From Bugula neritina (taxonomy: Eukaryota > Animalia > Bryozoa), in the NCBI GenBank assembly GCA_964035545.1, contig OZ037772.1:6804889-6868888 (forward strand): DNA of 64,000 nucleotides, written 5' to 3'. Numbering within the stretch: the stretch's first letter is position 1; each line of letters starts with the position of its first letter. The notes beneath the pieces are model-generated. The model was given only the letters and a program-made list of their open reading frames with translations, was not told the DNA's origin and did not search any database. Made by a program: the position numbers and the translations under genes. Below are positions 23,801 through 36,672 of the stretch, piece after piece.

Positions 23801-26094
23801 TGCTTTATATAATAAGTAAGTCATTAACTTGCAGCTTTCATATGCTATATATAATCAACTCTTATCCTTTTTTGCAGAATAATGATAAATCTGCACAGCG
23901 TCAGCTTCTATAACAGCATCAATTTGGAATTTATGTATGATTTCATAGGATCTTGACTTGTAAATATTCCAAAATTGAATGAATATACCATACTTAAAAT
24001 AATCTTATTAATAATGATGGATTTCAGAAATTATACAAAATTATCTAATACGCTAGTTATATATTATAGAGTTTTTAAAAGCCTTGTCAACAAATTTATC
24101 TTAACAAAAAAAGTTGGACGCAGTAAAAAAGTGTGCTTGTAGATTATTTGTAGAATAATCCCAAGTTGTTTTAAAAAAAGTGACTCATAATATGAACAGA
24201 AAGTATGTATGACCTAGGTAGGATTGAGGCAGAAAAGTTTCTTGTCCCAGATAATAATCTTCTGTAAAGTATTATAGCTTAACGTAAATTAATACGACTC
24301 AATACTCGTATATCGCAATGTATTTATTCCGCTAGCGTTTAATTATTTGAGTCTAGCATCCTAGTTTGTAATTTGCAATAGAGTGCTCAAACTAAACATG
24401 GACATGTCTTCAAGACGTACAGCTTAATAGCTTTGGTTAATCTCTATCTTGTAATTTAGTTACACTTAGCAGTAACAGCATGCTAAACTGACTTATTTAT
24501 AAAGCAATTTGCCGTCTCATACTGCACCTAGTATATAAACAGATCCAGAAGAAGTTAGCCAAGTTGCAATGGCATAACAATGCTACTCTATAATTGTAAA
24601 AGAGTAACGGTTTTGTGAGGTATTTTGATGATGCCACAACCTAATGACTCTATATATGTAACAGTCTTAAGATATAACAATAAAAACTCTATTTTAAAAT
24701 GACAAAAGTTTATAGAAATATATTATAATGAAATCATATATATGGTATTATATATATAACAGTGACAGTATATTATAGTTATATAAAATGGTTAAATTTT
24801 TATTTGTTCAAAATCTCAATGAACCTAAAAATTGGAAAAGCTTCATTTTTGAAATATGATTCATATATGGATGATCAAGTTTGCAAGAATTATAAAATCA
24901 TAGTATGCATTTAGAAGCAGTTTATATTGGGCTTTAGTTAAATTAAATATAAAGTGGAACGTACTGCATTATAAACTCTTACATATGCAGTAAAAAATTT
25001 CAGGTCAAGAAAAATGTAGACTGCCGAATTTCAGTCTAGTAACAGTTCCTTCTTCACTGACATTTATATCTGAACATGAGACAGATAGTGGGTGTTACTC
25101 AGCCAATCACAGACAAGATGGTGACATACTCATAGGTACTCATAATGGAATACAGTTACTGAGTACAGACGATAATAAGCTGAGTGAATACAGTACAAGT
25201 GATATGGTAGTAACAGGAGTGATTGAGACTCCTCAGAATGTCTTCATTCTACACAAAGAAGGTGACATATCTAAGGTGGAGATGTGTTTAGCTGGTGACA
25301 TCACAAAAATACAACAACTGTTTCAGTTTGATAAGACAAGTCGTGGTGCAGCAGTAATGGCAGTTTCTGACAGATATGTTGTGGTGAGTCAGCCAGATAC
25401 TAAACAGCTGATCATCTATGACTTCATCACTAAACAGACAGAAACTATTCGTCCAGATGTGTATTTACTTGGTCTACACTTTCTACCAGATGGTCATCTG
25501 CTAGGAGTTGGTGGAAATAAACTGATAAAGTACAAAATAGAGAATGGAAAGCTGACTACAGTTTGGACATGTGATGGTGTAATAGGTGGATACAGTGTCT
25601 GTACTGATTCTAATGACCTCATCTATGTTTCTGGATGGAACTTGAAGTTGCTTTACATCATTTCTCCATCAGGTAAAGTTGCTTAAGCATGTGTATCAAA
25701 AGTGGTGGAAATGTCAAAAAATATTTGCAAAACATATATTAAAAATTTTAGAAATACTGTTTTCTGCTGCAGCAAATTACTATCTCCGTTATATGACCAC
25801 ATCACTGAAATCTAAGTTTGTGCATCCCCACATTTTTTACATAGTTCACAAACCCTGTCTATTATTTATGAAGTAAATTGAAAGGGGCTTTGATAAATTT
25901 GTATAAACCTTCCAGTTTACTTTGTTCCCAATGCAGTGTATATTTGCATTTACTGAACAGGTGTTCTTCTCAAGACGCTGACTCATGATAAGTTACCATC
26001 TACGTTTTCTGGAATACCGAGTATCAAAGACGACATCCTGGCTGTACCTGGTTGGGGAGACAATAAGTTGTGTCTTTTTGAAATAGAAACCTAA
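11805..26094 (+). CDS. TRIM gene B, complete, 594 aa. Coding exons 11805-11968, 14059-14218, 14960-15140, 15883-16082, 23419-23695, 25004-25672, 25961-26094
   Basis: C3HC4 RING (CGYC...LPCQHVFCLGC...CPTC), two B-boxes, coiled coil and propeller. Exon lengths sum to 1785 nt in frame, ending ...FEIET*. All introns GT-AG; the exon 3 donor gtcatt is weak. Confidence 0.92.
11986..13691 (-). mobile_element. Non-autonomous hAT (Buster/Charlie-type) deletion derivative in gene B intron 1
   Basis: Termini CAGTGACTCCCAGTCT and reverse-complement CAGTGGTTTCTAACCT; 8-bp TSD atgTAtat/ataTAtat with central TA; minus-strand remnants ENFIELVNN, FWVSKSKRFPNIADKA and STTYPCEVEF match the hAT C-terminal dimerisation region. 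Confidence 0.82.
12443..13164. mobile_element. Two oppositely oriented short repeats (12443-12725 and 12966-13164) with GGTAAAAATGGCAC subrepeats and a GGGTTT-rich core, nested in the hAT element (MITE or Helentron-associated type)
   Basis: The copies are diverged reverse complements of each other, and the spacer between them is hAT-derived. Family assignment is inference. Confidence 0.55.
15161..15452 (-). mobile_element. Probable solo LTR in gene B intron 3
   Basis: TGT...ACA ends; CCAAT, CATATAA and AATAAA in order on the minus strand; not evident in intron 3 of genes A and C. TSD is poor (ctggg/cttgc). Confidence 0.45.
16600..17649. mobile_element. Fold-back rearrangement of a ~760-bp non-autonomous DNA element (TIR CACAGGATAGTTAAGGGCA): inverted right-end piece 16600-16893 plus near-full unit 16895-17649
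   Basis: Outer ~295-bp arms are reverse complements; absent from the paralogous intron of gene A (about 2413); about 100 bp of flank is deleted and there is no TSD. Confidence 0.85.
18204..18596 (+). repeat. 5' LTR (393 bp; terminal TG mutated)
   Basis: Direct repeat of 22993-23409; the 24-bp length difference equals one extra 14-bp agcatcaggtcgac unit plus a 10-bp indel. Confidence 0.95.
18598..18615 (+). promoter_or_regulatory. Primer-binding site complementary to the tRNA-Leu 3' end
   Basis: TGGTGGCAGCGGTGGGAT is the reverse complement of ATCCCACCGCTGCCA-CCA, the 3' end of metazoan tRNA-Leu(AAG-type); it starts 1 nt after the LTR. Confidence 0.9.
21386..22874. mobile_element. Inverted dimer of the CACAG-TIR element (full unit 21386-22144 plus inverted unit 22145-22874), replacing the Gypsy integrase
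   Basis: 19-bp perfect TIR on the first unit. The second unit is a diverged reverse complement lacking about 21 terminal bp at the junction. Same family as 16600-17649. Confidence 0.9.
22993..23409 (+). repeat. 3' LTR (417 bp, TG...CA)
   Basis: Direct repeat of the 5' LTR; ends 9 nt before gene B exon 5. Confidence 0.95.
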
Positions 26095-27381
26095 GTCTTG
26101 TGCTAAGCCTATGTTGGACTTGATTGTTAATATATGTTCTACATTTTACATTTTCATTCTATTGTTCAACATTTAGATTTAATGGGATAAAATTTTGCTC
26201 CTATAACTATAATATAGTCTGAATGAATTGACTTTTTGCAAGTCAAACGACCCTTTTTTGAACAACCCATATAATGGATGTGATTTCATAAACTATGCAG
26301 TAGCCACAGAAACTATTTTAAGTATGATTCTTACTAATAGTAAAAATCCTGATGAACCCATATTCAACATAATCTAAGAAATTGTGCTTGTGAGATTGCT
26401 TTAAATTATATTTAGGTTGAGCTTAATCAGAGTTGGTTACCAGAATAATTTTTACTTTATTATATAATTTTTGCATATATATTACGTTATATAACTTTAC
26501 TATACTAATAATGGGAAGTTGCCTGTTTATAGCATAACATCAAAGCATGTACACATATTATGTTATATTAATAATAAAAATTATACTATATAACAGTCTA
26601 TTTGTTCTAATTATTTACTTTTCAAACAAAGTTAAAACTTTCTCACAAAAAATGTTTAAACACTCAATGAAATTTAACAAAAAATAAAAAATATCAGTTT
26701 AAAGCTAGATATGTGACGATTTTTTGTTTTAACTGAGCTAGCTAAAACTACATTATGTGTGTTTGCAATTAATAGTTCTTGTCTTAACTTAGAGCAGATA
26801 TAGAATGTTTGCGACTGCCTATTGCTGCATGCGAATAAGAAATTTATAAAATAATTTAGCATTTCCAGGCATAGTAATAAATGGTATATTATATGTATAT
26901 ATAAAAAAGCTACATTTTAAAACATGGAATACTAACCATTTTCTAATCTATTATCTATGCTATTGCATACAAATAAACTCTTTATACTAGTGAATATTAC
27001 TAATCGAGACTGACATAGAAGTTTATTAAGTATAATAAAAAGTAGTAGGTTACTAATATGAAATGATACAGTGAGATACTTTTTTATAACATATCACACA
27101 CAAAAACTCTCAGTAATAATTATCATGCAATGTCCAATTGAGTTTATAGCCTCTTTATATCTCAGCAACTGTATAATTGTAACATGAGAACATAACTGCT
27201 ATAATTTTGGAAATTATATATAGCTATAACAATATTCAAAATAGTTCACCTACGTATATTCAATAGTGCTATAGATTACATTAATACAATATCTAGGAAG
27301 TTCCTTATATAACACATAAAATGACTGAATTGTGAGATGTTATTGTTAATCATAAGACGTCTTTTTACACACAGTCTGTAT

Positions 27382-30300
27382 CATCTTGCTGTCTGTCGTG
27401 TCTGACTATGATTTCTGGTGTATCATTAGTTTCCATCTTGGTCTGTCAAGTGACAGCATTTGCTATTTGCCGAGAGATATCCCCTTGTCTTTAAGGTTGC
27501 GTTTAATGGTATCTTTGTAACGGAGCCTCGGTCTGCCAATGTCACGGGAGCCTTCTGTTAGCTGTGAGCATAAAACCTGTTTTGGGATCCTGGTGCTGTT
27601 TAATATGTTTACATGTCCGGCCCATCTTATATTTCTTTGGATGAGGATGTCATATAGACTGGTAATGTTGGTTTTCTGAAGAATCTTCATATTAGATACA
27701 AAGTGCCACCATTTCACTGACAATATCTGTCTTAGTTGATTCATAAGAAAGGCATTTAGCTTGTGTGCAGTGATCTTATAGACTGTCCATGACTCCACTC
27801 CATATAGCAGTGTAGGTAAAACAATGGCTTGGTAGACTGCACATTTTGTCTTGATTGTCAGGTCTCCGTTATCCCAAACCCTTTCTCGTAGCCTTCTGAA
27901 AGTTTGTGAAGCTTTTGACATTCTCAATTGGAGTTCTTGATCAAGTTTGTTGTTGTTTGTGATGGTTGAGCCAAGGTATTTGCAGTTCTTGACTGTGTTG
28001 AGGATTTCTCCATCTATACTGAACTTTTTTCCCTCATCATGTTCTCCTGGTGGTGGTTGATACATCATCTCTGTTTTGGTTATATTTATCTTTAGTCTTT
28101 GGCAGATTTTGCAAAACGGGTGATGATTTCTTGAGCCTGCTGATGGTAGTGGGCAACAAAGGCAGTGTCGTCAGCAAACATGAGTTCTCTGATGAGTACC
28201 TTTCTCGTTCTGGTGGAAGATTTGAACTGATTGACATTGAACAAGTCAGCGCCAGGTCTTTATTGAATCCATACACCCTTATCATAGCCATCAAAAGCAT
28301 GGTTCATAACCATAGTGAGATAGATAGAGAACAGGGTCGGAGCCAGCACGCAGCCTTGTTTTACACCGTTTGTGATCTTGAATGGTGCGGAGAGATCTCC
28401 TTTCAGATTGACAGAGGCTTTTATTCCCGTTTTTTTGTAGGGCTGCAATCAGGTTGGTGAACTGGTCAGGGCAGCCAAGCTTTCTTAGAACCATCCACAA
28501 TGTCAATTGGTTTACTGTGTCGAATGCCTTGGTGAAATCAACAAAGATCATGTATAGAGGCATATTCTGTTCTATGCATTTTTCCTGAATCTGTCTTAAT
28601 GAGAAAATCTTGTCTGAGGTGCCTCTATCTGCCCGAAAACTGCACTGAGCTTCTGGGAGAAACTGTTCTACGTGTTGCGTGAGTCTATTGAGTAATATAC
28701 GGGCAAATACCTTCCCTGGGATAGAGAGTAGTAAGATGCCACGGTAATTTCCACAGATACGCCTGTCTCCTTTCTTGAAGATCGTGACTAGCTGTGCATC
28801 TTTCCAATCCTGTGGTACCTCTCCGTTTCTCCATGATTCTGTGATGAGTTTATTAAGCCTCAGTATAAGCTCCACACCACCTTTCTTCAACAGCTCAGGA
28901 TGAATACCATCAACTCCTGATCACTTCCTATCAGAGAGAGCATTTACAGCTCTCATAACCTCTGTGACATCGGGACATTTATTTATCTATTCTTGGGTTG
29001 GCTGTTGGTGTATGTGACTGGTGATGTCAGGGTCCACATTTCCTGTTTCATTTAAGAGTGTTCGGAAGTGCTCTGTCTATCTCTGCATCAAATCATCTCT
29101 CTGAATGAGGAGGGTGTGGTTGTCCTTGTCATACAGTGGGTCTGGGTGGTTTACATGTGGACCCCAGACTGCTCGCAGGTTTTCGTAGAAGTCTCTCATG
29201 TCATTTCGGTTAGCCAGTTCCTGCAGTTCAGCTGCCTTTTCTTGCCACCATTTGTTCTTTAGTTCACGGCATTTTGCAGTGCTCTGTTACATTCCTTGTA
29301 CCTTCCTTTGGTTTTCCTGATCAATCGGTTCATAACAGCAGAACGTGCTAGGTTCCTCTCACTTAATAGGTCTTGTAGTTCTATGGAGTGTTCATCAAAC
29401 CAGTCCCGGTGTTTTCTGCCCACAGTGCCTAGCTTCTCCTTCGATGTTTCATAAACTGTGTTCTTGAAGTTTTTCCATGCGTCATCAAGTGTTCTAGGCG
29501 TTCTCAAGCTCAGTTTCTCACTTAGTGCTGTTTTCAAGTCATCAAGTATTTTCTAATCTTTCAATTTGTTGACGTTGAGCTTTCTACTTGGTTGTTTAGA
29601 CTTCTTCATTTTCCTTTTGATGATGAGGCTAGTGCGTGATTTTATCATGATATGGTCTGTGTTGCAGTCTGCCCCAAGCATTGCTCTGGTGTCGTGTATG
29701 TCCTTCAGATCACGTTGACGGGTGATGACATAGTCAATCAGGTGCCAATGCTTGGATCGGGGGTGCATCCATAAGTTTTTGTGGACTGGCTTATGTTTGA
29801 AAAAAGTGTTGGTGATTGCAAGTTGAAATTGGTTGCAAAGGTATAGAAGACGCTCACCATTAGCGTTGATTTTCCCAAAGCCGTGCATTCCTATGACATT
29901 TTTCCAGATAGAAAAGTTGTCACCTACCCGAACATTAAAATCACCCATAAGGATGATTTTGTCAGAGATATGGATATCCCTCAGCGTCTGGTTGAGCTGG
30001 TCATAAAAGCCATCAATACTTCCAGGAGCATTGGTCATTGTTGGGGCATAGATTGTTATGATGGTACAATAACGGTCATGTTTCAGTGGCAGTCTCAATG
30101 TCATAATTCTGTCATTCACAGGTTTAGGATCCTCGTAAAGTTTTGATGTGATTTTGTTACTGATGGCTAGTCCTACGCCTGATTCGCTTTTTTCTGATGA
30201 TGGTTTCCCACTCCAGTAGATAGTATATCCACTCACTTCATGTATACAGCTGCTCCCAGCAAATCGCACTTCACTCAGTGCAGCAATGTCTATTTGGTAG

Positions 30301-30872
30301 TTTGACAGCACCTTCGATATAATGGCGCTTCTTCTTTCTGGTCGTTCAGCATGTGAACGGTCTAGCATCGTTCTGATGTTTCATGATGCCAGGTTAAGTT
30401 TAATATGGGGTTGGACCTTTTTATCCTGGGCGGCGTCCGGCCGGTATGAGTATTCTTTTTTTTGTGACTTCATGATACAACATGTGCTGGCAAGAATTTG
30501 TGAGGCTACTGCATGGTTTGCCAGTTGGCACAGCAGCCCTCTCCACTTTGCAGTGTCAATTGAGCTGGCAAGGATTGTCCAAGACAAGCTCAGATTCTGA
30601 GTAGTCGCAGTGACTGGCCGGATATAATTCATCGAGTGAAGAATACCCGCCCTTGCAGGATGTCACAAGCCTGTCTTCTCTGTCTGGGTGTAGCTCCCAT
30701 AGATCCCCGAGCCGTTAGCCTGGTAGAACCAGTTACCAGTGGTGACTACGAGGAGGTGCCTCAGAGTCTTGATGATTGGTGACTTCACCAGTTATTACTG
30801 GCACTTCGTCGCCTCAGCATCCTTGGAGTGTCTTCCTTCACTTTAGTAAGTTTGGCAGACATCAACCACCAC
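27382..30872 (-). mobile_element. Full-length RTE-clade LINE (APE endonuclease plus RT in a single ORF, now disrupted)
   Basis: APE motifs (IAALSEVR, MGDFNVRVG, HWHLIDYVI, TDH); RT motifs (FVDFTKAFDTV, GVKQGCVLAPTLF, LFADD, KYLGS); C-terminal GRPRLRYKD; 10-bp TSD CAGTCTGTAT at 27372-27381 and 30873-30882; empty site visible in the gene A flank at about 6535. Confidence 0.96.
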
Positions 30873-31560
30873 CAGTCTGTATACTAGGTTAAAAAACAAA
30901 ATGCAGCGTATATACAGTATGTGTACATGATGGTGTAAAACCATTCCTAAAGTAATTATTATTAAGTAAATGATAGCATATATAAGGATAGGGTCAAAAC
31001 ATGGTGTTCTATATTGATCACCATGCAACATGCTTATTGGATATATAATATTATTACTGATCACAAGAGACCATGAGTACCAGAAAAAGCTGCCCTGATA
31101 TAAGTGGTTAATACTGATCAGTAGACAGTTGCACATAAATCAATAAATATATATACAGGCTAACAATAGTTAGTATAGCAGCTAAGTCTTGCCAATTATA
31201 CCAACCCACCTTTTCCCATCAGCATTATGGATGTTTTGATAAACAATTATACAAATAACCGATACTCTAGCGTGTGGAGAAATGAACCTGTCTTTAACTA
31301 AACCTTGCTTTTCCATCAATTCACATATTATATTCTATTTGATATGATATAAGTTGACATGTATGTTGTAATAAAGTGAATAGATAATGCCTCATAAGCT
31401 AGTACAGGTTTAACCATAAACAATCCATTAACTTAGCAGAGTAGACTCTATACATGCAAGCACAAACTATATATGCAATTACCAAATTTTGAAACCCACA
31501 CCAAGTGAGCCCTTAATAACTTAGTTGGAGTAATAATTGTAGGTATGCAGACTAGTTTGA

Positions 31561-31625
31561 CACAGTTAGTTTAAGGTCATGCTTTTCAGTTTCTGGCTGT
31601 TTGCCAGGTGCTTTACGTTCTATAT
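31561..31625 (+). mobile_element. Diverged left-end-like terminus of the CACAG-TIR family
   Basis: CACAGTTAGTTTAAGGTCATGCTTTTCAG resembles CACAGGATAGTTAAGGGCAACCTTTTAG and the reverse complement of 39069-39088. Confidence 0.45.
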
Positions 31626-34600
31626 GAACAATGTTCCACTGATAGCTCGAACAGGTTGAATGTCACAAGAACAAAAAAAATATGAAAAGATAAAGAGACT
31701 TATGTTCTCCAATATACTTTTTTAATTTTTTCAAAAGCCAATTCATGTTCAAGTTATCGCTTGTTGAAAAAGATAGTCCCCCTTCCACATTCTTTCTAAT
31801 TTATACGCTCCTGACTCGTATTGTATCTCTATATTATACTGCATGTAGTTGAGTGCTTGTTAGTCTCGCTTCACTGACTTTGCTTATACTTCACAAGTGG
31901 CAGTGCTGCTGGCTCAAATTAGCTAAATGTTATCAACTGTAAGCTAAAACCCAATCTTGTATTCCAACGGTTGGTTGGCCTAAATAAAACAATTGTCAAA
32001 TCATGTTTTCATGTTTTAGGAATCTACTCTATTCTAACCTGCTGCCTAGCTAGTTCTATTTTCTTATCATAATCTTTGATGTAATTACAGAATTGGTGTG
32101 ATACATTTTTTGACAACCATCCGAGTTATAAAATGCAGTAATGGTACCTATAATATATTATTATCATTATAATGATATTTTATATAGTATTATGTGTTTT
32201 TTATTATATTGCATAATATATATTTTATTATTGTTGTTGTGCAAACAAATGCAATTAACCTAGCTTTCAAAATGTACCTCTAAATTATCAGAATATTAGT
32301 TTAGATATTTTCATGGTTTGTTAGGTAAACCTAAAAAAGAGGCTGTATTTCCAAAGTAAAGGGTGTTGAACCATAATGAACTATAATAGATTAGCCACTC
32401 TGCTACCAGTAAGAGCTAATGCAGCAGTATAATATTATAGACATCAGAAATGCTAAGCCTAGCTTGTTTGTATTGAAGATGTGACTTCTGATCTAATTAG
32501 GTTGCAAGTAAAGGAGTGGAGCATAGATGTGGTATTATTAGGGGTGTTCAAAATTTTATCAATTATTTTTTCTAGAAAAAACAGTAATAAAATAAATAAA
32601 TAACTTTTTCAAGTAAATAATTATTCTTAAAACAATAACTTTAATTTTATATCAATGACTAAAGCGCATGCTATCATTATAATGCTTTCAAAAAAGCAAG
32701 TAGAACGTTTATAATTCACATCCACTCCTGGATAGGCTACCCTAGTCACTCCACAACTGCAGGGCACTGCCTTCAAACAAACCGCTCTGTGTAATATCAC
32801 GCGTAGCTATAACTGTATAAGCGTAAAATTATCCCGCCCAGATTGATACGTTACTAGTAAAAGCTAGCCCGATAAATAAAATATTCGATATTAAATTACA
32901 ATCTGCAAAGTGAACGTGCCAACTAGCGATGGGATTATCATGATAAAATCGATTGAAGAACATCTCTTACCTCCCGAACCTAGGATGTTAAGGCGTGTAC
33001 TTTGATTAACTTTAGGAGTTTAACTTCAAGGTAAGTGAGTACTATAACTATAAGTACTACTGCCTCCTTCAGCAAATTCACATATTTTATATTGCTTGCA
33101 AGCAATAATTTAATAATTATACTTAATTTTATAGTATTTGTATAGTTGTACTATTAGTATATTACAGTAGGCCTATATACTGTGTATTTCTATTACTATT
33201 ATAACTGTATTATTATTAGCATTGTGCAGTATCACTAAACTTCAAGTTTGAGTTTTATGTTCAATAAATGCATAGTAATACTAATACTAATAGTCATAGT
33301 GATGTAAAACTAGATCAGAATTGTCAGTTGGTTTTATTATTATAATTATGTAATTAACTTTAAGAAAATTATCCAAATTTATTACTGGCCATAATAATTT
33401 TTTTCAAATTATTTAGAGTTCTGTGGTTGACTATAGTCACATAGAAAATACATTTTTGCACTGAAGAGTTTCTGTTTAGTAATTCTAATTGTACTAATTA
33501 TAGTAATACTTGCAGCATACCAAATTACATTTACATTGAGTGACCAACTTAAAATATAAGCAATGCATATGTTTCAAAAGAATTGTAGTCATCATGGCAG
33601 TCAGATATAATGGGGAATTATTTGAAAAATGCAATCTTAAGGGAGCATTCAACCTAATAATTGTAATTATGAGGTGTGTCTCTTAAAAAGTTACCAGCAG
33701 CTTTTATGTAATTACGGTATAGGTAGATGTTACAAAATATAGACTATATTATAGTACTAACTGTGGTGTATGAGCATGTTAATTCAAATTGAAAATGTTG
33801 GAAATTACTTTTGCATGTAATGAGAAAACTGGTATTTGTATTTTAGATGAAGTGGACTACTAGTTGATCAGGTTTTGTCAAAGAAATGCTAGTATGTCTA
33901 CTCATGCAGGACATCCTTTCTATAATGTCAGCTGCAGCTCTTATAGGATGTTTAGATTCTCTACTCCACTCTACTCTTTTTCTATATTTAAAAAGGATAA
34001 TACTCTACAATTGACATCTATATCTCAAGACTCTACCTGCCAAAATAGGACTTTTATTAAAGCATATAAAACTAAAATTAAACTTAAAATAATCGATAGG
34101 ACTAATCACCCTATAGCAATGTGTCTTTTGGTTAGGCTTTTGCAGCTTGATTTTTTATAGATTCTGCTTCTTTACAAAGTCAGTCTTGCCATTATTCATT
34201 ATTTAATGTTTGAGAAAAATAATTAGGAAACTAACCTATTATTTCCCCATGTTTGTAATATACTTATAGGATGTATTTCTATAAAAAGGCCTGACCTGTT
34301 CCTTCACAATAGTTCACAGCTGTTATACCTTCTGCGAGTTCAGTTTATTTATTGAACTTGTTAATACTATGCCTCATCATATGTATATAGAATAATTATG
34401 TTATGCTTTAAGATCCACACTGATTTTTGTTGTGATCTTTAGTAATGGCTATCTGGTGTTTAACTAAATGAATCTGGTTGATTTGTTACATCTGCCTAAA
34501 TTCTTAAGTCAATTCTTGTTATGAAATATTATATCTGCAGTATCAAAATATAGCAGATAGGCTAATGCATTGCTAATATTTCAGCTGATTAAATGACACC

Positions 34601-35039
34601 TATCAGACAGAAAAAAATCTGAATGCACAATGGACATCTTTTATTTCATCTTAAGGAGGTTTTCTTTTCAAAATCTCAATACTTCCCTAGCTAAGATTAA
34701 AACTTTTCATCTTGACAGTTTCACTCAGGCAAGCATAGTGTCAGTTAGTCAGTCTAGCTAGACGCAGCTTTTTCTATTAGATGCTAAATTTAGAAACATA
34801 AAACACTTGATAATCTTGGCTCTGGGTTGGTATACAAGTCCACGATATCATGCTTGAGTGAACACGGCGTTAGCAGTTGCCAGCAGTACACAGTAGCCCT
34901 GTGTTGAGCAACAAGATATAGCTCATAGTCAATTTGTACATTCAGCTAGAAGCCATGTAGACTTGATTGGACTCTTCAGAGTTTAGACTGTATGCAACAG
35001 GAAGCAAATAGAATATTTATAGAACAGGCTCACGTTTAA

Positions 35040-35043
<4 letters not shown>

Positions 35044-35130
<87 letters not shown>
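35044..35130. repeat. (TA)n microsatellite
   Basis: Directly visible. Confidence 0.98.
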
Positions 35131-35133
<3 letters not shown>

Positions 35134-36672
35134 TTCCAACTAACTTCAATGAGTGTTGATTAATGCTTATACTAGTACCAAAGGGACGGCACAAGTACTA
35201 TAGCTTTATTAGAAACTTGCAGCAATCAAATCCTTTACCCAAACTCAAAGCAGTCGAACAAAATATTGCATATCTGCCCCTTACAGCTACCAATAAATTC
35301 TCATTCGCACATGCATAACTATCTTACCTACGCAAGTCTCTTTACTAAGCTAAGCTATTGGGCTGTCTGTAACTGATAGTAAGAGTCAGCACTAAGAAGT
35401 CAATTTTAGCTTTTAGTTGGTGCAGCTAAAAATGATTTTAATAATAAAGGTATTATTGGTTTAAGGTCAGTCAATAGTATTGAGCAGATAAATAGTCTAG
35501 CCTGAAAATATTATGTTTTGAGAAAAGAGCATCTCTCTAAACTATTTGTTGCACCTGCATTATCATTTCAAAAGTTATAGTCAATAATTATTTCATTAGA
35601 TTAGCCAAATAGATAAATATTGAGTAAAAGTATAAACATTTAGCTTGCTTCCAGAATCTGAAATAGTTTTAAATTGTTGGTTGTACAGAAATTATAAAAA
35701 TAATCTTCCTTTGTGCATCAAGTATATTGTACATGAAATGAATCATGCACTAGCCTGTTGTAATATAATGCGATGCTGAGGCGTGCCACGGCCACATGCT
35801 TGCTCAATAGATAGCGATGATAGTTGCAATGGAAATATAGGCACAGCCCTAGCTAATGTGATGGTTTGTTGCACTGAGCTGGAATAGACCTGGAGAGGCC
35901 AAGGACGTTTTAGCGTGGCCAAATAGTTTAGCTCCGCCTTAACATGGAAAACTTAACCACGCCTACTTGCTTTGCACGCAGTAGTAGTAAAATCCATTAT
36001 AAATGCAAGCTATTAGAGCTTATAAATTGAGGTAAACACTAAAAAATAATGAAAATTCAGCACTGTGAAGCAGGAACCAATTATTTTGTTTATTTTACTT
36101 TTGGTATTTGTAATTTCATGACTAATTATCATTTTATGAAGCATGTACCTCAAGTATATATGATAATAACTTTAATAACCTAACAAATGCATTACATATT
36201 TATTGATTAGATCAACACATTAGTCAAAATTAAATGAAAAGCAACAGCAAAGCAAATTTCAGCCTTAGTACATGAACACTGGCAGTAAGGATAACAAGTA
36301 TAAAAGTTTATAAATAATATAAAAAAACCGGTGGTAAGACACAGCTTTACAACACAGGCAAGTAACAGATTTCCTTAAACCTTTCAAAGTTTTAAATTCT
36401 GTTTTCAAGTGCTAATCTGAAAGCAATAAGTGATTAAAATAGAACTACAGAATAAACAAAAAATAATATTATATTGCAATAACAATATTTGTTATCATCT
36501 AATGTTATAATATAAATACTGTTGTAATAACTTCTAAACGATTAATTACCCACATCCTTATTACTGGCCTCTAAACAGTACACTTTTGTTGCTACATTGC
36601 CTGAAATTTAGTTTGTGCATAGCAATATTTGTTAGTTTAGCAATGTGGTGCTGAAATAAGTCATAATATACT

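Noticed and set aside
24286-24301. 16-nt match to the T7 promoter region (AAATTAATACGACTCA)
   Set aside because: It lacks the CTATAG initiation part and there is no vector context; most likely chance in AT-rich DNA.
24263-24663. Possible second solo LTR (TGT...ACA) in gene B intron 5
   Set aside because: No matching TSD and no second copy to define boundaries.
11805-26094. Assigning a named ortholog such as TRIM56, TRIM2/3 or TRIM71
   Set aside because: The domain order is similar, but no filamin domain or canonical NHL consensus is evident; orthology needs a phylogeny.
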